This document shows positions 34,121 through 49,303 of a stretch of 64,000 nt of DNA, one piece after another (position 1 is the stretch's first letter; each line of letters starts with the position of its first letter). A program made the position numbers and the translations under genes. The notes below the pieces were generated by a model. The model was given only the letters and a program-made list of their open reading frames with translations. It was not told the origin of the DNA and ran no database searches. Origin of the DNA: Oikopleura dioica (lineage: Eukaryota; Animalia; Chordata); assembly GCA_907165135.1 (NCBI GenBank), contig OU015567.1:8742001-8806000 (forward strand), written 5' to 3'.

Positions 34121-37100
34121 TTAAAACACGGATATGGCAAAAGCGTCTTCAGCGAGGTTATTTTCATCTAAAAATATTGCTCATTTTAGGAAGAAGGGGG
34201 AAAATTACCATTTATAAAAATGTAATATTTCCCAGTTACGCCGGAAAGTATCAATTCGATCTTTCCATTCTCGTCGGCGCCGAGTTGAATATCTGGTCGA
34301 GTGACGATTGCGTTTTTAGCACACGAAGAGGAGATTTTGAACGTCTTTGGTTGATTGTAAGGATTGTGTAGGGCTACTCTCTTTCGTACGTTTTTCGAGC
34401 CTTTTAGATAGAGCTCCATTTCTTTTGAGATTTTCGGCGGCTGGACGTCGAGGTGGAATATGTAATTTTGCATCACGCTTCCAGAATTCGTTATTCTAAG
34501 CATTCTCCTATAAAAATATGTAAAGAGCCTTCTAAAGGCAATTTTAATCGACCTGAAGTTTCCAGGACAGTGAGCATAAACGCCGAATTTAGGATAGTCC
34601 TGGACAATCGGAAGCGCTTCATCGCAATATCGAATGTTCATATTCCTAATTGCATGCGAATAGTGAAAGGTAGGCCTGCCACTGATGGGGATCTGGAAAG
34701 GAACGGACATGTATTTGAACGTTCCCTGATCCAGGGTTTGGGATCCAAGCGAGACAGCAGCTTGAATAGTCATTTTTATCGAGTGGCGCCATCGATGACC
34801 TTCATGAAAATGGAGCCAGCCGATAATTTCGTCCGGGGCATTTGGAGTTTTCATCGCGAATTCTATCTCGTTCGCCGATAGTTTTTGAAAACGATGGCCG
34901 ATGAGTGGCTCGCCAGAGATTTTATAAAAGAAGTAATTGTGGAAAGTCGTAGAGGAGGAAAGAGCAATTGGGAGGGGAATGTTTTTCTTCAGAATGGAAT
35001 TCTCGGCTTCGACTAGGTTTATCGTCGAATACTGACGCGGAGGGAGCACAAATCCACGGAGAAAGAATCGATGATAGACAGAGCCACAACTGGTCCGAAG
35101 GTCTAATGTGACGTTAATCTGCGGCTGCGGATTAATCGGGAAGAAGTCGAAAAGAATCTCGGCCTCGATCATTGGCGGCAAGCAAATTGAATAGATTCCA
35201 GTACTTGAGCGAGAAACATAGCGAGAAGGGCGCATTGAAAACTCCTGTGGTAGAGTATCGAGCATCAAGGTGAGTTCTTTGTTCTGTTGATTGTGAAATG
35301 GCAGTTTACAGGGGACGCGCTCTCCAGCAATGCCGATCAGGTGGATGTACTCTGTCGCTGATTCAATGAGCGTTGAAAATATCGCAGCTTGTTTCGTAAG
35401 AGCGAAATCGGAATCGTCAAAAGTCTTCAAACGCGAAACTCTGGCGAGACGCATCTTTTCCGCCTGGGCAGCTTCGTGATCCTCAGAAAAATATTTTCGA
35501 AGCTTTGAAATCTTCGGCAATAAGTCCTAATCAGAGTTATATTTTTATCTATCAGCGTAAAATCGAGGTTGATCATCTGCCTTACTCAAAAAATATAACT
35601 CCATTCCTTATCAGTTGGCTGACCGGAGAAAGTCATCGTAAAGTTCGGCCTATTGACGGATCCACCAATCGTGCTGAAATTTACAGAGTTTTCCGCCGAT
35701 TGATAAATGTTAAAGGTGCTTTCTGATGGAATCAAGTCCATCTTTAACGCTCTCAAGTTGAACAACTCGAAGTCCTCCGATGCGCGGCATTCGACGACAA
35801 CCCTCGCTCCCGAACCGCTTTGGAGGGAATTCAGGTCGATGTAGGCGATATGTGTTACCCAGCTGCTCTGAGCGTCAAGTATTTCTAGACATACTTGTCG
35901 ATTCATCGCGTTGTCCAAGTTGAGGTGGAGGCGCTTCGGTCGCGAAACCGCGTGAAAGGTTTGACCTTCAACGGGGACAACGCGGATTTCCATTTCAACT
36001 TCTTCAGCAGCTTGGGCTCTAAGACGGATTCGCGACGGTATCCAGTTCACATTTCCAGGCTCAGAAATCAGGTGAGTGACGACGATGTCAACTGCCGAAG
36101 GGACTGTAACAGAGTTGGATTTTGAATCATAGATCAGAAAGAAAATAGAATAACTTGAGCCAGCTCTGATCAAAATCTCGGAAAAAATGCAACTCTAACT
36201 GAAGGGCCGGCGGTTTCAGGTGCTATTCGCGAGATTATCTCTTTGTTCGGAATTGGATTGAGCACTTTCATTAATTCAGAATGATGAACTCTAGTCGTTT
36301 CGATTTCTGTCAATTTATTCGGTTCCACGTGATCGCCATCTGTCAGCGTCACTTTCAGCGTCGCCTTGTTGTCAGTAGAAACCGATCGAAGAATCACCGA
36401 TCTATTGCCAACTTTGGCTTTCGACTTGCAATTCATGAATCCAACTACTAATGTTGTTGCTCGAGCCTCATCCTCGCCGAACCATTCCAGTTTTTCGAGG
36501 ACGAAGCGGAGCTGCGTGTAGACTGTAATAGTCACCCTACTGTCTGCTTGGAAAATGTTCACATGTGCTTGATCCGAAGGAGAGTACGTCAAATTGACTA
36601 CAGTCGGTGCAAGAACCCAATTTTCTCCGTTATGCTCACCAACTCGTAGTCGAGTTTCATTTTGATCCAGCTTAAAATCGGGTTCTGTTGAAAATTCGAA
36701 GATATAACCGATGGTAGAAAATATACCATTATAAAAAATATTTAGCACATGTCTCCTGAGTCAGGAGTCCTGACATATTTTCTCTAATGGCTAGTTATGA
36801 TAAGTGGGAAAGGAAAGGGAACTTGGAGTGGCGATATTAAACCCGCGCCTGACCACAGTAATCCACCACAAAGTTCGATAACGTGATTTTGCGTTCCCTT
36901 GGTAGGTGTTCGCTTATTGCGCATTTAGGCCCAAACAACTCCGGATTGCATTTCACTGTCTACAAATCCAATTGAAAAAAGAAAGGGATGAGAATCGCTC
37001 GTACCGTGAAATCCAGATTGACATGGACATCAAGCAAGTTCACCGGTTGTTTCGAAAGGGATTGGCGCACTTGGCGGCTCTGTTTAGCTGCCGGTTGCCC

Positions 37101-37590
37101 CCAAGTCAACAACATTGGATCAAGCTTCGGTTCGCTGCGAACTATATTCTTGCCATGCATCAAAGGTGGTAAATGAAGCCAGAATTTCACCTTGTCTCTT
37201 GCGTCTGGATCTCCATCAACTTTGAATTGTGTCCTTGCTTTTGAGCGTTGAACAATCCGTAAAGTGGGTAATCCCAAAACGGGGATGCCGCTATCGTATC
37301 CCAAAATTGAAGAAAAGACAATTTCACATTTTCAACTTTCCTGTAACATCAATTCTGTAACCCTGCCTCGCGTAAAAGTACCCCCCAGGCTTGATATTCA
37401 AGGTGTTGGAAACAACAAACGACTGGCTGCTGGAAATCTGTCTCCTACACGTGATCCGATAGTAACAACCACCAAGCGCAACTCGATTTCCCTGCGAGTC
37501 CTCTACATTTCCAAATGTGACCTTGAAAACATCTCCCAAGGGTTCACTTGGAACAACCCTGGCGTCTTCCGACGAGCAAAGTGTCATGTC
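34121..37590 (-). CDS. NPHP4: nephrocystin-4-like ciliary transition-zone protein; start approximate
   Basis: C-terminus KRVALHNPYNQPKTFKISS...QLGADENGKIEL...YIFIN-DENNLAEDAFAISVF resembles the NPHP4 end; serial beta-sandwich-like exons. Confidence 0.65.
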
Positions 37591-37752
37591 ATCACTAAAT
37601 CGATAAAAATAAGATGAAAAATTTAAAGAAATATTGAATTGTGATTGATTTAATAAAAAATTGTGAAGAAAAGAAAAATTGAAGTGTTTTAGAAGCTCGT
37701 AAAAGCAGTTTTGAAGGAGCAGCGAGGCTTGAGTTGGAAGTTGAGTAAATAT

Positions 37753-38330
37753 TTAGAAAAAGACTTCTGGGCCTTCGAGGTGGACAGTGATTGATTTGAT
37801 GACTGGCAATGGTGCTTGTTTGGTTTTTCGCTTTCTTACGGGCAGGTCGTCGAGTGAGAGCCCCTTTCCTGAAATAAAAGATAACATAATTATAGCCCTC
37901 TCCGTTTTTCTTATCGCACTTATACAAGAAAAATCTTGCTGGCCGCTTTTCAAACTCTGAAATTACTGAATGTAATACCTTTACGTCGACCAACAAGATA
38001 TCTCAAAAAGAAAATTTGGCTAGTCAGAATTCAGCTGACTCCAATATATTCGTGCGTACCTAGATAAAAATGAACTAGATCCCATTCTTTTCGACGAAAC
38101 GCTTGGCGCAGCATCGTGACTGGGTTTATTTTCTGCGTTGCTCCTGTTGTTGGTCGAATTTCAAGCTGATCTTCTTCCGGATCGCGGACAGGGGGATCAT
38201 TATTGTTATTTCCCTCTTCGATCATCGCAGACAGCTCATTCTGGCCATTGAATGGGCGGCTGTAGTGCAGCATCGACATTCTTCTGAATCGAAAGAATCG
38301 AGAAATCGAAGAATTGAAATTGAACGAGAA
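37753..38330 (-). CDS. hypothetical protein, multi-exon
   Basis: ORFs 38031-38369 and 37753-37953 joined by short introns; no family recognised. Confidence 0.35.
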
Positions 38331-38955
38331 AGCAGACACCTTTTTAATAAAGTCTTTCGGTGAGTACATGGTAGTGAAAGTGAAATACGCAAATGTAAAT
38401 ACGGTTAAACAAATGAAGTAATGTTACAGGCGCATTTCGAGTAGTATTTTTGTTTGTTTCATCGTTAATAGAGTTGAATTTAAACTACTGTATCGAGCAT
38501 CTGGGTATTTCCTGCCAGAATCCAAGCATGCAATAGTTTGAAGAATAATTGAAAGGGATAAACGCAAAATCAGAGTATAAAATAGATGAAAAAATGGGAC
38601 GATGAACTTGTTCAAGCAAATTTGTTTTGTTTTCTCAAATCGGTAAATATTAGCAAAAAAGTTAATCGGGATAACTGGGTTTTATTTGTTTGACTCGTGA
38701 GAATTTCACTGAAAATTAAGTACGAATGAATTGGTTTTCAAGAAAAATCAATGATCAGTTAGAAGAATAAATATAGTTACTGTATGAATAGTATGAACTG
38801 TATTTAGCACTAACGATGCATGAAACGAAAATATATAACATATGTTATATAATATATATGTTATGAATATGTTATATATAACATATTCTATAGAATAACT
38901 CTTGGAACTCTTGGGACATGTTCGAATGGTGAGACAGTTTATTTTTGTTTTTTTA

Positions 38956-41119
38956 TCAAATGATTCCGTGATTGAAAATCGTTCGATTACTTCTTCGGAA
39001 GATAAGATCATCAACTAATCCGTTGGTGATCAGCTTCCGGAAGTAGTTTTCGAAGATTATCAAGTAAGGGTGCTTGTTTAATGCTTCTTGAAGGGCGTAG
39101 GAGTACTTTGTTGTCGAGAGCTGCCGAAAGCGAATGTAGATCGTCATAAAATCGTTTGTCGAGATCACCAGATCATCGTGGAACGGAGTTCTGTCGCGAT
39201 AAGACCTTATCGTCAACAGCTTCCCGTCCAGTTCTTTTTCACGGTGGGGCGTAAAGCGATCGACTTCCTCCAGCGATTTTTCAAATGACCGCATGAGAAA
39301 GTGAATCTCCTGCGAGACGAAATTAAGGCGTTGCTTGAAGTATTTCTCCCGGAGCGAGTGGCAAACGCTTCTGCCGGGGAGGAAGACAGTATTGATGGCC
39401 TTATGGGCTGCGAGGTCTACGAGGCGGGGTTGCTCGACTGAAAGAAAACGGTTGAAATCAAGGAAGAGGACAACAGATCACGGAATTTGCGATTCTATTA
39501 GAAGATATTTGTGACTTACTCTGAAACTGAAGATTGTGTTTCGAAAGAATTTCCTCGTCATCTTCGTCGCTTTGTTTGATCGCGCCCCCGATGACGATAA
39601 AATGACCATTGTAATTGTTGTAATTACATGAGTGCCACATCCGTTTTTTCTCGTTCTAGGGCAAAAGTGATAAAAAATAAAATACATCGACCTACGGTTG
39701 GGCAATCCTGCCAACTTCTGTGGGCGAAGTCAATGTTAACTCTTTTCCAGAGATTGGGAAAAGCGAGCGTGCGCGTTGCGGGGCTGGAAGCAATCGATGA
39801 GGTGACGAGGTTTTGGTCGAAAATCCAAATGTCGGAAAGCGCGATTTCACTGTTGCGCTCTTTTCGCGAGCTCAGCCCGCCGAATAACAGCATGCAATCC
39901 CGACCAGCTAAAACACCATCAAAAATCAATAGGAAAACCAGGCAATTACCGGTTAGCGTCATCCAGCTTCGATTTTCAGGAGTGGCTCCATTTGTGAGCA
40001 AACGAGTCCAAACATGGTGCTCCAAGTCGAAATGATAAAGGTCATTAGCTCGACCAGGAGCACAACGACCCCAAATAAATATGCGTTCTTTTCATTTTGA
40101 GCTGAGCCGAATGCAGCTCGTGGAGCAGGCCTTAATTTTCATCAATAGAAGATAAGTTTAGATTCTACCTAGGACCAAAATCTTCGATTGGGATATGTTT
40201 CTTTGCCACGGTGTCAAAAATGAAGAGATCATCATTCCAAGCTCTATTATCGTCCAGATCTTCTATCACTTCGTATTTCGTCTACAAAAACGCGTCGATT
40301 AAAACGTTCTAAGGAAAAAGCTACACTGCAACCTTTGCATGAAGCGGACAATCATCCTTATTCGGGACAGGGCCAAATCCGCCGAAAATAATGATATTAT
40401 CCTCATAAGACCAAGCGCTAATTAAATGTATAAAATACGATAGAATTAATAATAAAAGTTTACCCATGCTTATTTCGCGGGGCGGGGAGACTTTTGTGTT
40501 CTGGATTGACGATTTCCCATTTCCATGTTCTCAGATCCAGTTTAAGGATGTGATTGAGGTCGCGTTTTTGAAAGCCATACATCAGATACAACGCACCCTT
40601 AAAATATGGGAAAGATAAAGGAGAGCCTAACGAATTAATATATACATTGACAATTGCACCAGCAGCCCCGCAGAGACCATAACTGAGGACTTCTGGCCGG
40701 CCAAAAGTAGCTATGAGAAACCATTCATTTGTGATCTTGTTGAGTCGCCATACATCTCGCAGAGGCCTGTAGATTTGCTTTGGCTGGTTGGCCCAACTGG
40801 AATGGTGCGGAATCGGCTAAAAGGGAGCTTGATAAATAGCAAGATTGAACAAACTTACTCTGTATCCACTGACGATGTAAATGAAGTCGCCTTCCGATAC
40901 AGCAACATGGCCGTAGACCGGCAGCGGCTCAAATCTACTTCTTGGTAGCTCTGTGTTGCTGTATTCGCTGCTAGACAAGAAAAGCTGGCTCCTGGTCGCC
41001 GCGGCGATGTGGCTATCGTTGATGGACAAGTTACTCTCGGTGGCGTTTGGGTTTATTCCAACTTGCGTGACTGAAAGAATTTCTGCGGGCAAGACTCTGC
41101 TTTCATTATTTTCATTCAT
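38956..41119 (-). CDS. kelch-domain protein (KLHDC1/2-like); 3' end approximate
   Basis: GHVAVSEGDFIYIVSGY, PAPRNKH, IIIFGGFG, WNDDLFIFD, NDLYHFDL, RSWMTLT, LLFGGLSS, ALSDIWIFD, WHSC kelch blades. Confidence 0.8.
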
Positions 41120-41411
41120 TAACTGAATTAATTATTCTTTTAAACATGTGTAAATTATTCATTAATTAATAAATGAAGGAACAGGAGCGATTGTTAGTGA
41201 GGAAGAATTGTGCAAAATTATAATATGAGTGAAGTAGCTTTAGGTATTGGAACATGAAGGCAAATATAAGCTAGAAATTTTTTTTTGTTTCCGTCGCCAT
41301 ACTTTTCAGTGTTTAGTTTTAAGGTTGATTGAAAGTTACAGTTACAGTGTTAAGGGAAGACAGTAAAGGTGGTAGAAGGCGGTTGTTTGTTGTTGTATAA
41401 AAAATGAGCTT

Positions 41412-43698
<2,287 letters not shown>

Positions 43699-43974
43699 GC
43701 ATGATGCTCGGTGATATAATTATCACATTCAAAATAAGATGAGCCGGGAGTCTTGATAGACAAAATAACAAGTCATGATTTTCATTCTGCTCCTAATAAT
43801 TATAATTTTGTCTGGCGCTAGAACCCTTTCCTGCAGAGGCAGTCCCCGGACTAAAGACTGCCATTCTGAACAAAAGATATCAATTCAAACCTATTTTTTC
43901 TCGATTTTTGAATAATAAAAATAAAATATTTTTGTAAGATATAAAAATAATTTGTTGAAGAACAGATTTAATGA

Positions 43975-44909
43975 TCAAAGCAGCTTGTTAAGCCGCCTCT
44001 GGATAGAATCAATATTTGAAATGGTCTCATTGAAAGCCTTGCGCATCTCTTGTGGATTATTCTCTATCTTTTTCTTCTGCTGCTCTGAAGAATAGCTCTC
44101 GACGAGGGAAATGGAGGAAGGATTAAATTGTTTCTGACAGAGATCACTAATAATATCGTCTTTAAAAAAGATCGAGACAAGACAAAAATAGGCCAATAAC
44201 TTCGTTTTATCGAGTCTTATTTTCGGGTAATAGACTTTTCCGTGACTCCTGTCTGTTTTCAAACGCTCTGACGCAGAGAGTTGTCAAGGCTTTTCACAAT
44301 AGAAATATTTCCATCATAAAAATCGGGAAAAGCTAAAATCAATATGAAAGGGAAAAGAATTAATCCAGCGGTAAAGAAATCTTTTGTGAGTTTTTCTTCA
44401 CGCATTTTTGATTTTCAAGTAAAGTCAATTAATCGTCGGTTAGTAAGTTTCTGATTTCGGCTCACCAAAAAAACGTCGGGATAGAATGAGGCCTAGATTT
44501 CAGCCACTCCACAAGACACACCAAATGAATGAACTTTAGCGATCCTAAACATATATTGATTCAGGCACACTTGATTCTACATTTTTCCTAGAGCAAACTA
44601 CAACTTAATCAGATATAGACAGAAGAAAAACATTTACCCAAATGTTTTTCATAGCACCGAAATATTTCTTGAAATATTTATTCACAGCATCAGTAGTAAT
44701 AAACATAGAAATGCACCTCACCAGAAGAACACCAAAACTTCTTTCTTACCTTTGCAAAAACATGGAGCCAATAAGGGATTTTTAAGACCATCCAAGTCAC
44801 TCATACAAATTCTACAAACACATTGATCCACTGGCAGAACCACTGCTTCTTTCGCTTTTTTAGCTTTCTTCTGTTTTCCGTTTTTGTTTTTCGATAATCT
44901 GCTGCTCAT
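43975..44909 (-). CDS. RING-CH (RINGv/MARCH-type) finger protein without TM helices
   Basis: CRICMSDL...LLAPCFCK-GSLKFIHLVCLVEWLKS; final ligand pair reads SDLC. Confidence 0.75.
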
Positions 44910-45265
44910 CTGTAACAATTTCACTCGTAAATGACATTTGGAAAAATTGAAACAACTTTTGTTGGGCAAAATTGAATTTTCTCGGAAACGAAAAGATAAG
45001 AGCAAAAATGAATAACTACCTACAAAACGATTGATTTAACGAATAATAAACAGTCGTGCAACTTTTTTAATTCTCGTTGGTTTAATGTTTTTTATATATA
45101 TTTTTGAAAAGAAGATGAAAATGATTTTTATCAAAGAATGGTGGAGTGGCAATTGGACTACTGTAAGTAACAAAAGAGGATGGTTGTACATGTTGGAATC
45201 GTTGTTGATATCAGATTGGTAAATAAAAGTGGGAACGGCGGAAATCGTTGGAATTGACGGAGTGA

Positions 45266-46603
45266 TTAGTATTCATCTTGTTCTTCTTCTGAATAAAAGT
45301 CGTTAGTTTTCCCATTTATTTTACCCTCAGCACCTTCAGGCACTTCAAAACCATCAGCAGTGGCGTAAAGAACATCGAGGATCTTTTTGGTGACTTTGTA
45401 GACTTCCGATTCTGGGTCTGGCTCTTCTGCTGCTTCCTCACCGCAGACGTTATTGCACATGAGTTCGATGTCTCGCAGTTTTTCGAAGTAGAAGTCCCGT
45501 TCCTGAACGAATTCAAGGCCTGTTCAGACAACATTCTTTTCTTTACCTTTTCTAGGGATTCGAGGGAGTCTTTCAAAGTGGCGAGTTGACTGTTGAGCTC
45601 GTCAACTTGTCCCTGAAGTCGTTTCGAATCTCCACCAGCGCCAGTGTTACTGGGTCGAGTCGATGCAGGAGTTCTAGGGGCAGCGGGGACCCGAGCAGCT
45701 GGAGCTCCAGCTCGAGCGGGTGCTTTCTTTGCTGTTGTAGAAACTGCAGCGGGTTTTGAAGCGGGAGCCACACCAGCGTTCGCTCTCGCATGAACGGGAT
45801 CATAAGGTTCTCCCTTTGAAATTGGAATTAAAAAAGGATTTTGCGTTATTTTTGATTTACCTGATAGTTAGCGTCGAAAAACTTTTTAAACCATTGAACG
45901 AATTCGAAATTATCTTGGAATCTGCCTTTTACCAGTCGCTCCACAGGAATAACCTACAAAAAGAATTGAAAAGGAGGTTAAATATGAGAAACTAAACGAT
46001 GATACTGAAACATCAAGTGCAGAGTTATAATTTTGATGAAGACAAACCTTATCTACGCCCATCTTTTTGAACGAGTTTTGCAAGACTTTGAAGTTATTAA
46101 CATATTCGTGCTCGTGTTTTGCATTGTACTTTACTGTCTTTAGTCGGATGGAACCTAAACCAAATGTGGCTTGATTTATAACGGTTCGAAAGATGAGGGG
46201 TTAGGTGGAGACAACGAGGACAACATTTTTGTTTCACGAAACTAACATTGAAAAGTAAACCTTATCGACATTTAATAATTTGAAGGAAGCTTGAAGAACT
46301 TTAAAATTTGCCACATGTTCATGCTCGAGTTTCGAGTTCCACTTCACTTTTCGCAAATTCAAAGAACCTAAATTACGCCGCTAGCGTTATCGAGTCTATC
46401 CTCCTCTTTTCAAATTTGAGGCCGTAAAGGTACTCTAGTGTACCTGGGAAAAGCATATCCATAAACTGGCAGTAAACAGCGCCGCTGCAAAGTTCCTCAA
46501 TTTTCTTGTGCTGAAGGCTGAGCGAAGTATTTATCCAAGAAATCATATCATGGCGACTGAGGTTATCGGAGGTAGCTGAAGTTAAGGCGACGTTGACAGC
46601 CAT
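45266..46603 (-). CDS. MAPRE: EB1/MAPRE microtubule plus-end-binding protein
   Basis: MAVNV...[75 protein letters not shown]-terminal DEY. Confidence 0.97.
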
Positions 46604-46971
46604 TCTACTGACAAAAATATTATTTACGATAGTTGATTATTAGCTGATATACTGATATATTTATCTGTTTGTTTAAACTTAAAAATAGTTTTCAGGAACG
46701 ACTTTGATGCTATTAAAATTCATGCACGACTTTGCAATAGAATCGCCAACTTACGTCTCCATTTCCCGCACTCTGATTTTCTCAAAAAAATCCGCTAATG
46801 CGAAAAAGTCGGCGCCTACAAAATGACTCGAAACCGATTTGGTTGGTCGCCAAAATCTGGACCAACTGGTTTCGAGACATTTAGTGGGCGTTATTGTTTG
46901 GGCGACGCTATTGTCAAAAGGCTGTGCGAAATTTGCTTTTTTGAAGGTAAAGGTAAAACAAAAATTATTTT

Positions 46972-48943
46972 TCAGTTCGAAAAAATCCACTTGGCTTGCT
47001 CAAAACTGGGTTCTCTGATCTCATCTGTGATAGGGAAGTAGTCTGGATCTAAAATAAAGAGTAAGAATATATGAAAGGAAAGATTAACCATTATTTCGCA
47101 AATGATTCAGAGTCATCGCTTGAACTGGAAGAAGTTTTTCGACAAGAGTTCCTTGCGTAAATTTCAACCCATTATTCTGAAAAAGGGTGGGTTAAAAAGG
47201 GATGAAATGGGGGTAAGAGCGTACTCTGAGAAATGCCTTGGCAGTCAATCTTTTTTCAGGCGCTCTGGTGGTCAACGATGACACAAGTAAATGCCAGACT
47301 TTCGGGATTTTTCTCGTCACGTAAGGCTCGTAGACTGGGTCCTGGTACGCGTTTTCTACGTCTTCCATGGTCGACTTGTCCATGACGACTGGTTGGCGGC
47401 CGCGTAGCTTATCAAGCATGATAAGCGTCGCTGGGTTGTTTGAAAAAGGAACAATGCCGTTTAGTAGCTCGCAGAGGACGATTCCAAAGCTAAAAAAATA
47501 AATTTTACAATTGGCGCATAACAGCTTTTCTTTGTTTTTATTTAATAATAACTATTTAGTTGCGCTTCAAATCTGTTGAGAAGTTAACTCACCTGTACAT
47601 ATCGGATAAAAGCCCAAATCCGCAGCAATTCTGTTCCAAAATCTCTGGAGCCAGCCATGGTAGCCCTTCTGGATCATAGACATATTTGAAGCTCTTCTTT
47701 TTCTCTCGCTGGCGCGTCAAATCAATCGAGTAGCGAAATCCGGAGAGTTTTACGACGCCCTTGGAATTGACGAGGATGTGGGAGCCACGCAGCGATCTGT
47801 GCACGATTTCGTTCGAGTGGAGGTAATCTCAAATGGGTGGAGACGTGCGTCGTGAAATTTTGACAAGTCTACTATTGAATAATTGATCGGGCACCATCTG
47901 GAAGAGCGATCCCACCCATGTGCCTAAACCAAGAGCCACGCCGCGAGCAATTAGGCTTACTGCTTGCAAATCGAGGCCGTGTTGAAAATGTGCTGAAAAT
48001 ATTTAATCAATTAGAATTATTTTTTTCAAAATAAATGAACGCGCTCTAATAAATTACCTGAGATCAGAGTTCGAAACTTGTTGGCAGTACTGCCACGACT
48101 GCCACTGGCAGCTGCCAATTTCGGCAGTCACTTGGCAGTGGCAGTTACATTTTACAAGTGCTGGCAGTTACTGGCAGCTGCCAACCGAATGCCACTTCGA
48201 AAGATATTAATTTCTTTCTAAAGTTTTCTTTCTAGAACCACAAAAAACAACGCTAATGATTCAAATTCGCTCCTTTGACCTGTATTTTTCAATTTTTTTA
48301 ATCAGAAGAGATATTTAAATTTCAGATATCGTCTCTTTTATATGCTTTACTTGTGAATAAGACTGTTTTGAACTAAGTTTGACTTTAAAATTTGTTAAAA
48401 ATAGTATTGAAATCGGCAGTATTTGGCAGTCGATTGGCAGCTGCCAGTGGCAGCTGCCGATTTTGGCAGTCACTTGGCAGTGGCAGTTGCAATTTACAAA
48501 ATGCTGGCAGTCAGTTGGCAGTGGCAGTCGCCATTCAAAAAAAGTTGGCAGTCGCTTGGCAGTGGCAGTCGCCATTTTCTTTCAGATTTCGAACTCTGCC
48601 TGAGATAATGTCGCTTATCGATCCAAATTGACAATACTCCGTATCCACACATATTCTAGAGCCAACGACCTTGCTCCCAAGAATCCTCACAATATGCGTC
48701 GAACGAAGCTATAACTACTACTTAGTCTCTGATCCCTTCTGCGAGGCCTTTTTCTACCTTTCGTTGCAGCAAAATCTCATTACTCAAATCTTTCAGCTGC
48801 GCTGTCGTTAATTTTTCATGCTCGGTGAGCCTCGAAATCTGTATTTGCCCCCGATTGTTCGCCCTGACATAAATCGTGGTGGGAAAGGTGTGGCTCTGTC
48901 CGATTAACCAGTTCATAACATTCAATTCTGAATATAAAGTCAT
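46972..48943 (-). CDS. STRAD: STE20-related adaptor pseudokinase
   Basis: HRSLRGSHILVN (no catalytic HRD), KLSGFRYS (no DFG), LPWLAPEILEQN, SDMYSFGIVLCELLNGIVPF, LIMLDKLRG. Confidence 0.88.
48065..48598. mobile_element. hAT-type MITE (534 bp) with GGCAGT-rich subterminal repeats
   Basis: 12-bp TIR CAGAGTTCGAAA; 8-bp TSD CCTGAGAT at 48057-48064 and 48599-48606. Confidence 0.9.
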
Positions 48944-49303
48944 TACATTTTCGTTACTCGGGACGTATTTTTTTCGCGGATTAAAATATAAACATTGAAA
49001 AAATGTTCGTGAGGGGCAGTTGGTGGTTTAATTTTTACTAAGACAATCAAAAATGTACTAAATGGTGACCTATATAAAGTGACAAAAGTATTTAAAGAGA
49101 GAAGAGTAGCGGAAAAGGGAGTAGATAGTTATTCAATTATTAATTTTTAAATGGACACGAGATTATTTTGAGCCGTAAATAACGCATTTGTAATTTACGA
49201 AAAGTTTTTTTGCTCTGAGAGCTAAGTTGGAGTTTGATGAGTTCTGATTTCCCCTTGAAATCAAGGAAGAGAATCAAATAAGAGGACATTTTGGATGATG
49301 AAA

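Noticed and set aside
34453-34881. Long + strand ORFs opposite real genes (also 11581-11904, 14707-15021, 31954-32406, 52752-53213, 57124-57516, 62058-62507)
   Set aside because: They are antisense shadows of recognisable minus-strand coding exons, with no motifs or splice logic of their own
46751-46990. 79-aa - strand ORF between STRAD and EB1
   Set aside because: Overlaps the STRAD stop region and has no recognisable features; probably UTR or intergenic
48315-48631. Four overlapping ORFs with W/Q/L/A-rich repeats, and a possible CRISPR-like array
   Set aside because: They are translations of GGCAGT subterminal repeats inside the hAT MITE; there is no repeat-spacer regularity and the context is eukaryotic
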